This document shows positions 38,289 through 49,533 of a stretch of 64,000 nucleotides of DNA, one piece after another. The stretch comes from Squalus acanthias (taxonomy: Eukaryota), in the NCBI GenBank assembly GCA_030390025.1, contig JASTWF010000096.1:682001-746000 (forward strand). The letters run 5' to 3'. Positions within the stretch are counted from its first letter, which is position 1; each line of letters starts with the position of its first letter. Below the pieces are notes generated by a model. That model ran no database searches, was not told the origin of the DNA, and was given only the letters and a program-made list of their open reading frames with translations. Made by a program: the position numbers and the translations under genes.

Positions 38289-38579
38289 ATCTGCCAACAC
38301 CGCCAAACATATCACTTAATCAAGTGATTGGGGTGTATCTAGAAGGAGAGAAAGTTACCATAACCTGCACAGTGAACAGAGAGGATCGCGGTCAAATCTA
38401 CTTTTACAAAGATAATCAACGGCTGAACTCTGCTCAAATCATCACAAAGGACAACATTGGAACATTCCTGGTTACCGGGACAAACCAGGGAGGGCGGTAC
38501 CAATGTCAATATATAAACTCAGTGAAAACAAGGCCGTTGTTTTCCCCGATCAGCGACGCAGTGACGGTCACTATCGTAG
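38289..38579 (+). CDS. Ig-like domain exon D4 (type B)
   Basis: CACAG|AT, 291 nt, donor G|GTCAGT; DLPTPPNISL...VTITC...GGRYQCQY...SPISDAVTVTIV. Confidence 0.92.
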
Positions 38580-40290
38580 GTCAGTGAAGAGGAATACAGA
38601 TTTTAATATATCTATTCAACGATCTTGGTATTTTACCAATAAATCTAACTAGTTTGAAGGATGCTTTTCCATATATCACAGAGAGGCTCCCGGCGCTCAC
38701 CTCTTGACAGTGTCTTCGATGAATGGGGCAAAGATTCGTCATTTACTGTTGTGGAAAGGGAGCATTATTGCATTCCATAGTATGACATAGAATTTTCCTC
38801 ACAGAAACTGAGCATTCGGGCCAGCTGGTGTAAGCCGGTATTTAAGCTCCACACGAGCCTGCTACCACACTACTTCATCACATCCTATCTGCATATTCTT
38901 CCATTCTCTTCTCCCACATGTGTGTATCGAGCGACCCCTTAAATGTATCCAAATTAATCGCATCAACCACTCCAAGTGGTAGCGATATCCACATTCTCGC
39001 CACCATCAGGGATTTATCAGTGACTATGTGATATTCATGGACCCAGGATTTGCAAACTGAAACAAGTAGAATATGTTTCTCTAAGTCTACCCTATCAAAC
39101 TCTGTCATAATCTTAATGATGTCCATCAGGTCACCCTTCAGACTTCTATTTTGTAGTGAAAAGAGCCCCAGCCTGATCAGCATTTCCCGATAGTTATAAC
39201 CTCTGAGTTCTGGGGTCATCCTTGTAATTCATTTTTTTCACATTCTGCTGTGCCTCTATATCTTTATTATAATATGGAGACTAGAACTGTGCACAATACT
39301 CCCTGTGTGTTCTAACCAATGTGCTGCAGCCTGGGGGTATTACTGCCCCATCTATGTTCCTGATTTCCAGCTTTACCCCTACAAGTCTGAACTATCAGAG
39401 CAACCCGTTAAATCCAGAATGACAGCACGCTGCAGTCTTTTAATTCCGCTGAGTGTAGCGTCATCTCAGGAGACACCTTCAGGCTGGCAAGCCATGTCAC
39501 ATTACAGTTTGCACCATCAGATAAATAAAACTGCGTGCCGAGATTTCCAAAATTATCCTTTTATGCGAAGTCTGTTAAATTAATTGCATCGTGCTGCTCC
39601 ATATCTCTCACTGTGTTGCATTTCGACAGCAACCCTTAAATCCGTGACCTACATTACATGGGAACACCATCATCTTCAAGTTCCAATCAAAGTTACACAC
39701 TATCCCTACCTGGACATATATCGCTGTTCCTTAAGCGTAGCTGGGTCAATATCCCGGAACACTCCACCTGACAGCACTATGGATTTGCCCTCAGCACAGC
39801 GACTGCCGCGGATTTTAAAGAAGGCGGCTCACCACCACCTTCTCAAGGGCCATCTAGGGCTGGTCAGTAATTTCCGACCTTGCCAGCGACACCCTCATCC
39901 AAACACCCATCAATACATAACTCCTTTATTTCAAATCCAAATCTTCGCTGTTTAGCAGAGACGTGCAAAATTATGAATCAGGTTATGGCTCGACTGTACT
40001 TTAGCAGAAATGTGAATTTCAAACCAATGTATCCCCTTCATCTCCGGGTATCCCAGACTGAGGTTTCGGCGCTAAGCCGAAGCTATGGACATAGATCCCC
40101 TGCTCATTTATTTTCTCTCGCACTTCTGTTTGATTCTGACAAGGTAAGCGACGAATCCACTTTTGTAGAATCTCAACGCAAATATTTCCCTTTAACACCG
40201 CACATTCGTTACTGAATTACCAGTCTTTCACAGCACAAGAACATGCACAGATCCATTTCTGTTCCTTCTTTACATTTTTTTTTACTTCAG

Positions 40291-40581
40291 AACCTCTAAC
40301 ACCGCCAGTAATATCACTTGGTCAACCGACTGGGGTGTATGGAATAGGAGAGACGGTCACCATTACCTGCACCATGAACAGAGGGAATCGCGGTCAAATC
40401 TACTTTTACAAAGATAATCAGTTGCTGAACTCTCCTCAAATCGGCACAAAGGACAACATTGGAACATTCCCAGTTACCCGTACAAATCAAGGAGGGCGGT
40501 ACCGATGTCTATATAGAACCTCCGTCAATAGAAGAGTTTTAGAATCCCAGCTCAGCGAGCCTGTGACGGTCACTATAGCAG
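40291..40581 (+). CDS. Ig-like domain exon D5 (type A)
   Basis: TTTACTTCAG|AA, 291 nt, donor G|GTGAGT; EPLTPPVISLGQ...VTITC...GGRYRCLY...SQLSEPVTVTIA. Confidence 0.92.
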
Positions 40582-42035
40582 GTGAGTGAAGGGGAAAATG
40601 GGTTGTTGACATATCTATTCCAAGCTCTCAGTATTTACAAAAAAATCCTCTTTGTTTCAACGTAACAGTGTTTTATATAAACAGAGACAGTGTCTGCGCT
40701 CAGATACTGTCTGTAACAATCCAGTACACACAGGCTGAAGGATTACTGTCAGCAAACCCATTAATCCTAGAATGATAGAATCACAGTCTGATTCAGCACT
40801 GAAGGAGGTCATTCGGCTCTCCGTCCTGTGGCGGCCCATTGCGAGAGGTTTACAATTAGTCCCAGTCTCCTGCCTTTTCCCCATTGCCCTGAAAATGTTT
40901 CCCCTTCCAGTATTATCCAATTCTCTTTTGATAGATTCTGTTGAAACTGATTTCACCGCTTTCAGGCAGTGTATTCAACATCATTACAAACCGCTGCGTC
41001 TAAACAATTCTCCTCATTTCATCTCTGGTTCTTTTTCCAATCAACTTAAATCTGTGTCCTCTGGTTACCTACTCTTCTGTCACTGGCTACAGTCGCTCAT
41101 TATCTTTCTATCAAAATCCTTTATTATTTTATCACTTCTATTAAACTTCACCTCAAACTTCTTTGCTCCAAGGAGAACAATCCCAGCTGAACTAAACTCT
41201 CCACATAACTGAAACCACTCATCCCTGGTTCCATTATTGCAAATCTACTCTTCACAGTCTCTAAGGCCTTGACATATTTTCAAAAGTGTGGTGCCAAGAA
41301 TCGGAAACAATAATCCAGCTAGCGCCTAATCAGTGATTTATAAAGTTTTAGCATTAATTCCTTGCTTTTGTACTCAATTCCTCTATGAATAAAATCAATT
41401 ATCCCGTATAAAATGGATGTCGGTCCCAAACCCCGATCTCTCCCATCTAGAAGGAAAGTAGATACAGGAGCAGGGGAACACCATGGCCTCCATGTTCCCC
41501 TCCAAGTTATACTCCTGACTGGTACACATACCGGCCGTTCCTTCATCTTCGTCGCGTCAAAATCCTGGAACTCCATACCGAGCAGCACTGTGGGAGCACC
41601 TTCACCATGAATGCAGCACTATCCAACGATGGCCCACATCACAGTGCATGGTAACACTTAAATACGTTATTGGAAATGAGAATCTACACAGTTTAGCTGA
41701 GTCGTGCAGTCTTTTTAATCAGCTTATGGCTCGAGTAAATTAGCAGAAATAGGAATTTCAAACCAACGCAATCCCCTTCTTCCCCTGGTATCCCAGAATG
41801 AAGTTTCTGCGCCAAGCCCCTCTTTTGGGACTAGATCCCCAGCTGATTTATTTTCTTTATCACTTCTGTTTCATTCTGACAATGAAATCCTCAATTCTCC
41901 TTTGGTGGAATCTCAATTGCCGATGCAAACAATTCTCTTTAACACATCAGGGTCGTTATTGCGTTACCAGCCTTTCACGGCAGAAGAAAATCCACTGATC
42001 AATTTCTGTTGTTCATTCCATTTGTTTTACCACAG

Positions 42036-42326
42036 ATTCAACAACAGCGCCTAACATAACACTTGCTCGAGCGACTGGGGTATATGTACTTGGAGAGAAA
42101 GTGAGCATAACCTGTACAGTGAACAGAAAGAAACGCGGAGAAATCTACTTTTACAAAGATAATCAACGGCTGTACTCGACTCAAATCATCACAAAGGACA
42201 ACATTGGAAGATTCACGGCTACCGGGACAAACCAGGGAGAGCGGTACCAATGCAAATATGGATTCTTCGTCAAAACTAGACCGTTATTGTCCCAGATCAG
42301 CAAAGCAGTGACGGTAACTGTAGCAG
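42036..42326 (+). CDS. Ig-like domain exon D6 (type B)
   Basis: CACAG|AT, 291 nt, donor G|GTCAGT; DSTTAPNITLAR...VSITC...GERYQCKY...SQISKAVTVTVA. Confidence 0.92.
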
Positions 42327-42844
42327 GTCAGTGAAAAGGAATTCCGATTGTTAATATGTCAGTTCAACGATCTTGGTATTATACAAAAAATCCAACTTGT
42401 TTCAATGATCAGTGTACATACCTCACAAAAGGCTCCTTGTGCTCAGCCCTTGATAGTGCATTTTAAGAATGGGGTAAAGATTCAGCATTTACTGTTGTGG
42501 AAAGGGAGCATTATTGCATTACATAATATGACATAGCATTTTCCCCACAGAAACAGACCATTCGGTACAGCTGGTGTAAGTCGGTATTTAAGCTCCACAC
42601 GACCCTGCTACCACACTACTTCATCTCATCCGATCTGCATATTTCTTCATTCCCTTCTCCCTCATGTGTGTATCGAGCGACCCCTTAAATGTATCCACAC
42701 TATTCTCCTCAACCATTCCAAGTGATAGCGATATCCACATTCTCGCCACCATCTGGGATTTAATAGTAACTATTTGATCTTCATGGCGCCTAGATTTGGA
42801 CTCCCACACAATTTGAAGCATTTTGCAGACCTCTCCCCTATCAA

Positions 42845-43548
42845 ACGCTTGGTGAGAAACTTTCAAACTTTCAAATGTGCAGGAAACACAGAAAGCTCGC
42901 ATGCAGGGTCAGCAAGCAAAGAGGAAGGCAAATGGCATGTTGGCCTTTATTGCAAGTGGGTTGGAGTATAAGAGTAAGCAAGTCTGGCTACAATTTTACG
43001 GGGATTTGGTGAGACCACACCTGGAGTACGGTGCACAGTTTTGGTCTCCTCGTGTTATAAAGGATATACTTGCCTTGGAGGCGGTGCAACAAAGGTTCAC
43101 TAGATTGATTCCTGGGATGAGAGGGCTGTCCTATGATGAGAGATTGTGTAGAATGGCCTATACTTTCTGGAGTTTAGAAGAATGAGAGGTGATTTCACTG
43201 AAACATACAATATTCTGAAGGGGAGATACAGGGTAGATGCTGAGAGGTTGTTTCCCCTGGCTAGAGTGTCGAGAACTAAGGGACATAGTCTCAGGATAAG
43301 GGGTAGGCCATTTAAGACATAGACGAGAAGGATTTTCTTCACTCAGAGGATTGTGAATCTTTGCAATTCTCTGCCCCAGAGCACTGTGCATGCTGAGTAG
43401 TTGAATATGTTGAAGTCTGAGATAGATAGATTTTTGGACTCTAGGGAAATCAAGGGAAAGTGGGGGTGATGATGTTATTGAATGGCGGAGCAGACTCGCG
43501 GGGCCGTATGGCCTACTCCTGCTCTTATTTCTTATGTTCTTATGTTCT
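42845..43548 (+). mobile_element. CR1 3' fragment inserted in the D6-D7 intron
   Basis: ORF 42877-43185 KANGMLAFI...VRPHLEY; (TTCTTATG)n tail; absent from the paralogous introns after D4 and D8. Confidence 0.85.
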
Positions 43549-44415
43549 TATAATCTAAAATATCTGTAGCAGGTCACATCTCAGTCTTCTATTTTGTCGT
43601 GAAAAGATAACCAGACTGTTCAGCATTCCCTGATAGTTATAACCACTGAGTTCTGGGTCATCCTTTTAAATCATTTTTTGCACATTATCTTGTGCCTCTA
43701 TATCATTGTTATAATATGGAGACCAGAACGATGCACAATGCTCCACGTGTGTTCTAACCCATGTTCTGCAGTCTCTGGGGTATTACTGCACCATCTTCGA
43801 TCCTGATTATCAATTTTACCTCAACACGTCTGAACTATCACCGCGAACCACTTAATCCCACAATGACATGACTGCTCCAGGCTTTTAACTCCACTGAGTG
43901 TAGCGCCATCAGACCAGCGTCGACAGCGGCGGAGGAGGAGCCTTTCTTTCTTTTTCTCCCACAGAGCGGTCGGCAGCGGGGAAGGAGGAGCGGACCTGGT
44001 TGGAGCGGCATTTAAGGAGGGTGGTGGCTTAAACCCGAGTTCCTACAGAGTAGGAACCCCCACCCGCCCTCCTCCTCTAACCTAGTAGTCTTTTAGCAGT
44101 CTAAAAACAGAGGTCACAAATTTTTTGGTCTCAGTTTCTTTTCAGCAGAGCAGGAACCGGGAGGAGCGGGAAGTCGGCGTAGGACCAAGGGGACACAAGA
44201 CCGGGAAGTCAGCGAAAGACCAGGGAGGTAAGACTAACTGGTAAGTACTTTCCTCAAACCTTCCTAGAAAGTACAACTAAAACTAGTGCGATTTGGTTAG
44301 TTTAAAAAGGAATAAGAGGAGTACAGTATACATTGGTCTAAGTAAGCTTCGGGAAAACAAAAGTCAATAAATAAACTAAAACTAGAAAATTAATAAGTAA
44401 TATAAGGGTTAAGTC

Positions 44416-45363
44416 ATGGCAGTAGAGCTCGGACCTGTGTCATGCTCCTCCTGTAACATGTGGGAAATCATGGACGCTTCCTGTGTCCCTGACAACCATG
44501 TGTGCGGGAAGTGTGTCCAGCTGCAGCTCATGTGGGACCGCATGACGGCCCTTGAGCTGCGGATGGACTCACTTTGGAGCATCCACGATTCTGAGAGGGT
44601 TGTGAATAGCACATTTAGTGAGTTGGTCACACCGCAGGTTAAGGCCAGAGTAGATAGTACATGGGTGACCAAAAGGCAGAGCAAGGGCAGGAAGGTAGTG
44701 CAGGAATCCCCTGGGGTTGTCTCCCTCAGCAACAGGTTCACCGCCTTAGGTGCTGTTGTCGGGGGGGATGACTCATCGGGGGAAGGCACCAGCAGCCAGG
44801 CTCATGGCACCATGACTGGCTCTGTTGCAAAGAAGGGAGGGAAAAAGAGTGGCAGGGCTATAGTAATAGGGGATTCGATTGTAAGGGGAATAGATAGGAG
44901 TTTCTGTGGTCGCGACCGAGACTCCAGGATGGTAATTTGCCTCCCTGGTGCAAGGGTCAAGGATGTCTCGGCGCGGGTGCAGAACATTCTGGAGGGGGAG
45001 GGGGAACAGCCAGTTGTCGTGATACATGTTGGTACCAACGACGTAGCTAAAAAAAGGGAAGAGGTCCTACAAGTAGAATTTAGGGAGTTAGGAGCCAAGC
45101 TAAAAAGTAGGACCTCGAAGGTAGTAATCTCTGGATTAATACCAGTGCCACGTGCTAGTAAGAGTACAGAGAACAGGATAGTTAGGCTAAATACGTGGCT
45201 TGAGCAGTGGTGTAAGAGGGAGGGTTTTAAATTTTTGAGGCATTGGGACCAGTTTTGTGGTAGGTGTGACCTATACAAAAGGGACGGTCTACACCTGTGC
45301 AAAGATGGAACTGAGGTTCTCGGGGTAAATTTTGATAAAGCAGTTCGGGAGCATTTAAACTAG
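44416..45363 (+). CDS. CR1 ORF1 protein (CxxC...CxxC zinc-finger/coiled-coil + SGNH esterase domain)
   Basis: 315 aa; CSSC...CGKC, heptad-like LQLMWDRMTALELRMDSL, VIGDSIVRG, CLPGARV, HVGTND, DGLHL. Confidence 0.92.
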   Translation: MAVELGPVSCSSCNMWEIMDASCVPDNHVCGKCVQLQLMWDRMTALELRMDSLWSIHDSERVVNSTFSELVTPQVKARVDSTWVTKRQSKGRKVVQESPGVVSLSNRFTALGAVVGGDDSSGEGTSSQAHGTMTGSVAKKGGKKSGRAIVIGDSIVRGIDRSFCGRDRDSRMVICLPGARVKDVSARVQNILEGEGEQPVVVIHVGTNDVAKKREEVLQVEFRELGAKLKSRTSKVVISGLIPVPRASKSTENRIVRLNTWLEQWCKREGFKFLRHWDQFCGRCDLYKRDGLHLCKDGTEVLGVNFDKAVREHLN

Positions 45364-48305
45364 TATGGCAGGGGGCTAGAAACCCATGTAGTGAAATAGA
45401 GGAAAGTGAAAGGCAGACAGAAATAAATGGTAAAAAGGAGAGGAACAAAAAACAAAGGGCCAAACTAATTCATAAAAAATGTGAGCATAAAAAAAGCCTG
45501 AGGGTTTTATACCTTAATGCGAGAAGCATCAGGAACAAGGTAGATGAATTAGCTGTGGAAATAGAGGTTAATAATTATGATCTAATTGGGATTACGGAAA
45601 CATGGTTGCAGGGTGAGCAGGGCTGGGAGCTTAACATACAGGGGTATTCAGTATTTAGGAAGGATCGACAAAAAAGAAAGGGAGGAGGGGTAGCATTGCT
45701 GGTAAAAGAGGGGATAAATGCAATTGAAAGGAAGGATATTAACTCAGTTAATACAGAATCTATATGGGTGGAGCTAAGAAATAGCGAGGGGCGAAAAACA
45801 TTAATAGGAGTGGTATATAGGCCTCCAAATAGTAAAATAGAGGTTGGGGAGGGCATCACGAGGGAAATTAGAGAAGCGTGCAATAAGAGCACAGCTGTCA
45901 TCATAGGTGACTTTAACTTACATATAGATTGGACTAGCCTAATCAGTAAAAATAATGAGGAGGAGGAATTCCTTGAGTGTTTAAGGGATGGTTATCTGGA
46001 TCAATATGTCGAGGAACCAACTCGGGAACAGGCTATATTGGACTGGGTACTGTGCAATGAGAAGGGACTAATTAGTAATCTTGTTGTACGGGGACCCTTG
46101 GGTCAGAGCGATCATAACATGATCGATTTCTCACTCGAAATGGAGAGCGAAGAAATTGACTCAGAGACTCAGGTCCTGAATTTAAACAAGGGGAATTATG
46201 ATGCCATTAGACGGGAACTGAGTAGGTCTGATTGGACAACGTTCCTGGGAGGACTGGAGGTAGATAAACAATGGCAAGCATTTAAAGATAGAATGACAAA
46301 ATTGCAAAAATTGTTTATACCAATCTGGCATAAAAGGAAATCTAAAAAGGTGACTCAACCGTGGATAACAGGGGAAATTAGAGACAGCATAAAATCCAAA
46401 GATAGGGCGTATAAAATAGCCAAAAAACGCGCCAGAGCGGAAGATTGGGAACAGTTTAAGATAGAGCAAAGGAGGGCAAAGGGCTTAATCAAGAAGGGCA
46501 AAATAGCTTACGAAAGCAAGCTGGCGGAAAATATAAAAACTAACTCCAAAAGCTTTTATAAGTATATCAAGAGGAAAAGACTGGTGAAAACCAAAGTTGG
46601 TCCATTGCAGTCAGATACGGGGGAATATATAATGGGAAATAAGGAAATGGCAGACCAACTAAATGCATACTTTGGGTCAGTCTTTACGAAGGAAGACACA
46701 AAAAACCTCCCTGGGATATCGGGCAAAATAGGGACATTGGCAAAGGAGGAACTGACGCAAATCAATATCTCTAAGGATATGGTGTTAAGGAAGCTAAAGG
46801 GATTGAAGGCGGACAAATCCCCAGGGCCTGATAACATGCATCCTAGGGTACTGAAGGAGGTGGCCCTAGAGATAGCGGATGCACTAAGCATGATTTTTCA
46901 GAATTCATTAGACTCGGGAACAGTGCCCATGGATTGGAGGGTAGCTAACGTTACCCCACTATTCAAAAAGGGGGGTAGGGAAAAAGCAGGTAATTACAGA
47001 CCTGTAAGCCTTACATCAGTTGTGGGCAAAATGCTGGAGTCCATCATTAAGGATGAAATAGCCGAGCACTTAGCAAATGGGGACAGGATAGGACAGAGTC
47101 AACATGGATTTACAAAGGGTAAATCGTGCTTGACTAATCTATTGGAATTTTTTGAGGGAGTAACTGGTAAAATAGATGGGGGAGAGCCAGTAGATGTGGT
47201 GTACCTGGACTTCCAAAAGGCCTTCGATAAGGTCCCACATAAAAGATTAGCATGGAAAATTGAAGCTCATGGGATAAAGGGGAAAGTATTGACGTGGATA
47301 GAGAACTGGCTGTCAGATAGAAAACAGAGAGTTGGAATAAACGGCTCATTTTCTGAATGGCAGGCAGTAACAAGTGGGGTACCACAGGGATCTGTCCTGG
47401 GTCCCCAGCTGTTCACAATTTATATTAATGACCTGGATCAGGGAGTCGAATGCAGCATTTCCAAATTTGCAGACGACACTAAACTAGGAGGGGGGGTGGG
47501 CTCAGAGGAGGAGACCAGGAAGCTCCAGAGCGATTTGGACAGACTGGGTGATTGGGCGGATAAATGGCAGATGCACTATAATGTGGACAAGTGCGAAGTT
47601 ATCCACCTTGGGTGCAGGAACGGGAGGGCAAATTATTATTTAAATGGCAATAAATTGGGAGAGGGGGAAGTACAGAGAGACCTGGGTGTTCTTGTACACC
47701 AGTCACTGAAGGCGAGCATGCAGGTGCAACAGGCGGTCAAGAAGGCAAACGGTATGCTGGCCTTCATAGCAAAAGGGTTGGAATACAGGAACAGGGATAC
47801 CTTGCTGCAGCTGTACAGGGCACTGGTGAGACCACACCTCGAGTACTGTGTACAGTTTTGGTCGCCTCATCTGAGGAAAGATGTTCTTGCCATGGAGGGG
47901 GTGCAGCGGCGATTCACCAGGCTGATACCAGGAATGGCGGGATTGACCTATGAGGAGAGACTATGTAGTTTAGGGATGTACACACTGGAGTTTAGAAGAT
48001 TGAGAGGGGACCTCATAGAAGTGTATAAAATTCTGACAGGTCTAGACAGATTAGATGCAGAAGGAATGTTTCCCTTGGCGGGTGAGAACAGAACTAGAGG
48101 ACATAATTTAAGGATAAGGGCTAAACCATTTAGGACAGAAATGAGGGGGAATTTCTTCACTCAGAGAGTGGTGAACCTGTGGAACTCATTGCCACAGAGG
48201 GCAGTGTACGCCAGCTCATTAAATATATTTAAGAGGGAATTAGATATATTTCTACAGGCAAAAGGGGTTAAGGGTTACGGAGAGAAGGCGGGGACGGGAT
48301 ACTGA
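45339..48305 (+). CDS. CR1 ORF2 protein (APE endonuclease + reverse transcriptase); open frame, no 5' ATG
   Basis: Frame is open from 45339 (after TAA 45336-45338) and includes LYLNARSIRNK, ITETWL, GDFN, SDH, GVPQGSVLGP and KFADD; the ORF-track start at 45555 is GTG and the first in-frame ATG is at 46119. Confidence 0.92.
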   Translation, partial: SSSGAFKLVWQGARNPCSEIEESERQTEINGKKERNKKQRAKLIHKKCEHKKSLRVLYLNARSIRNKVDELAVEIEVNNYDLIGITETWLQGEQGWELNIQGYSVFRKDRQKRKGGGVALLVKEGINAIERKDINSVNTESIWVELRNSEGRKTLIGVVYRPPNSKIEVGEGITREIREACNKSTAVIIGDFNLHIDWTSLISKNNEEEEFLECLRDGYLDQYVEEPTREQAILDWVLCNEKGLISNLVVRGPLGQSDHNMIDFSLEMESEEIDSETQVLNLNKGNYDAIRRELSRSDWTTFLGGLEVDKQWQAFKDRMTKLQKLFIPIWHKRKSKKVTQPWITGEIRDSIKSKDRAYKIAKKRARAEDWEQFKIEQRRAKGLIKKGKIAYESKLAENIKTNSKSFYKYIKRKRLVKTKVGPLQSDTGEYIMGNKEMADQLNAYFGSVFTKEDTKNLPGISGKIGTLAKEELTQINISKDMVLRKLKGLKADKSPGPDNMHPRVLKEVALEIADALSMIFQNSLDSGTVPMDWRVANVTPLFKKGGREKAGNYRPVSLTSVVGKMLESIIKDEIAEHLANGDRIGQSQHGFTKGKSCLTNLLEFFEGVTGKIDGGEPVDVVYLDFQKAFDKVPHKRLAWKIEAHGIKGKVLTWIENWLSDRKQRVGINGSFSEWQAVTSGVPQGSVLGPQLFTIYINDLDQGVECSISKFADDTKLGGGVGSEEETRKLQSDLDRLGDWADKWQMHYNVDKCEVIHLGCRNGRANYYLNGNKLGEGEVQRDLGVLVHQSLKASMQVQQAVKKANGMLAFIAKGLEYRNRDTLLQLYRALVRPHLEYCVQFWSPHLRKDVLAMEGVQRRFTRLIPGMAGLTYEERLCSLGMYTLEFRRLRGDLIEVYKILTGLDRLDAEGMFPLAGENRTRGHNLRIRAKPFRTEMRGNFFTQRVVNLWNSLPQRAVYASSLNIFKRELDIFLQAKGVKGYGEKAGTGY

Positions 48306-49251
48306 ATTGAAGGATCAGCCATGATCTCATTAAATGGCGGAGCAGGCTCGAAGGGCCGGATGGCCTACTCCTGCTCCTATCTTCTATGTATCTATGTATG
48401 TATCTCAGGAGGCACCCTCAGACTGGCTGGCCTTGTCACTTTAAAGGTTGCACCGTCAGATAAACGAAACTGCTTGACGAGATTTCCCAAATTATCCTCT
48501 TTTGCGAAGTATGTTAAATTAATGGCATTGTGCTGCTCCATATCTCACACTGTGTTGACTTTCGGCAGTAACCCTTAAATTCGTGACCTCCATCGCCCAG
48601 AAGGGCAAGGACAGCATATTCATGGGAATTCCATCACCTTCAAGTTCCCCTCAAAGTTACACACCATCCCTACTTGGATATATATTGCTGTTCCTTAAGC
48701 GTTGCTGGGTCAATATCCGGGAACTCCCCAACTAACAGCATTGTGGGAGCACCTTCAGCACCCGGACTGGCGCGGCTCAATAAGAAGGAGGTTCATCACC
48801 ACCTTTTCAAGGAGCAACTCGGGATGGTTAATAAATGTCGGCCTTGCCAGCGACTCCCTCATTCCCACGCCCAGCAATACATAACTCATTTATTTCAAAT
48901 GAAAATCTTCGCTGTTTAGGAGAAACCTGCACAATTTTTAATCAGGTTATTGCTCGACTAAATTAGTGGATATGTGGATTTCAGACCAATACATCCCCTT
49001 CTTCACCGGGTATCCCAGAGTGAATTTTCGGCGCTAAGCCCAGGCTTTGGACATAGATCCCCTGTTGAGTTATTTTCTCTCGCACTTCTCTTTGTTTCTG
49101 ACAATGAAATCGACAATTCCACTTTTGTAGAATCTCAACGCAAACATTTCCCTTTAACACCACACATTCGTTATTGAGTTACCAGCATTTCACAGCACAA
49201 GAACATAAACAGATCCATTTCTGTTTCTTCTTTCAATTTTTTTTACTTCAG

Positions 49252-49533
49252 ATCCGCGAACACCGCCAGTGATATCACTTCATCAACCGACTGGGGTGTA
49301 TGGAGTGGGAGAGACGGTCACCATTAGCTGCACCATGAATAGAGGGAATCGCGGACAAATCTACTTTTACAAAGATAATCAACGGCTGAACTCTCCTCAA
49401 ATCGTCGCAATTGGAACATTCCCAGTTACCGGTACAAATCAAGGAGGGCGGTACCGATGTCTATATAGAACCTCCGTCACTGGAACGGTTTTAGAATCCC
49501 AGCTCAGCGAGCCTGTGACGGTCACTATAGCAG
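49252..49533 (+). CDS. Ig-like domain exon D7 (type A, 9-nt in-frame deletion)
   Basis: TTTACTTCAG|AT, 282 nt, donor G|GTGAGT; very similar to D5 but QIVAIGTF lacks KDN. Confidence 0.9.

Larger units (their letters stand above)
43911..48401 (+). mobile_element. Full-length, apparently intact CR1 LINE
   Basis: 5' UTR, two uninterrupted ORFs, 3' UTR and TATG-rich tail; ATC on both sides (43908-43910, 48402-48404); empty site GCGTCATCTCAGGAG in the paralog at about 39458-39472. Confidence 0.95.
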
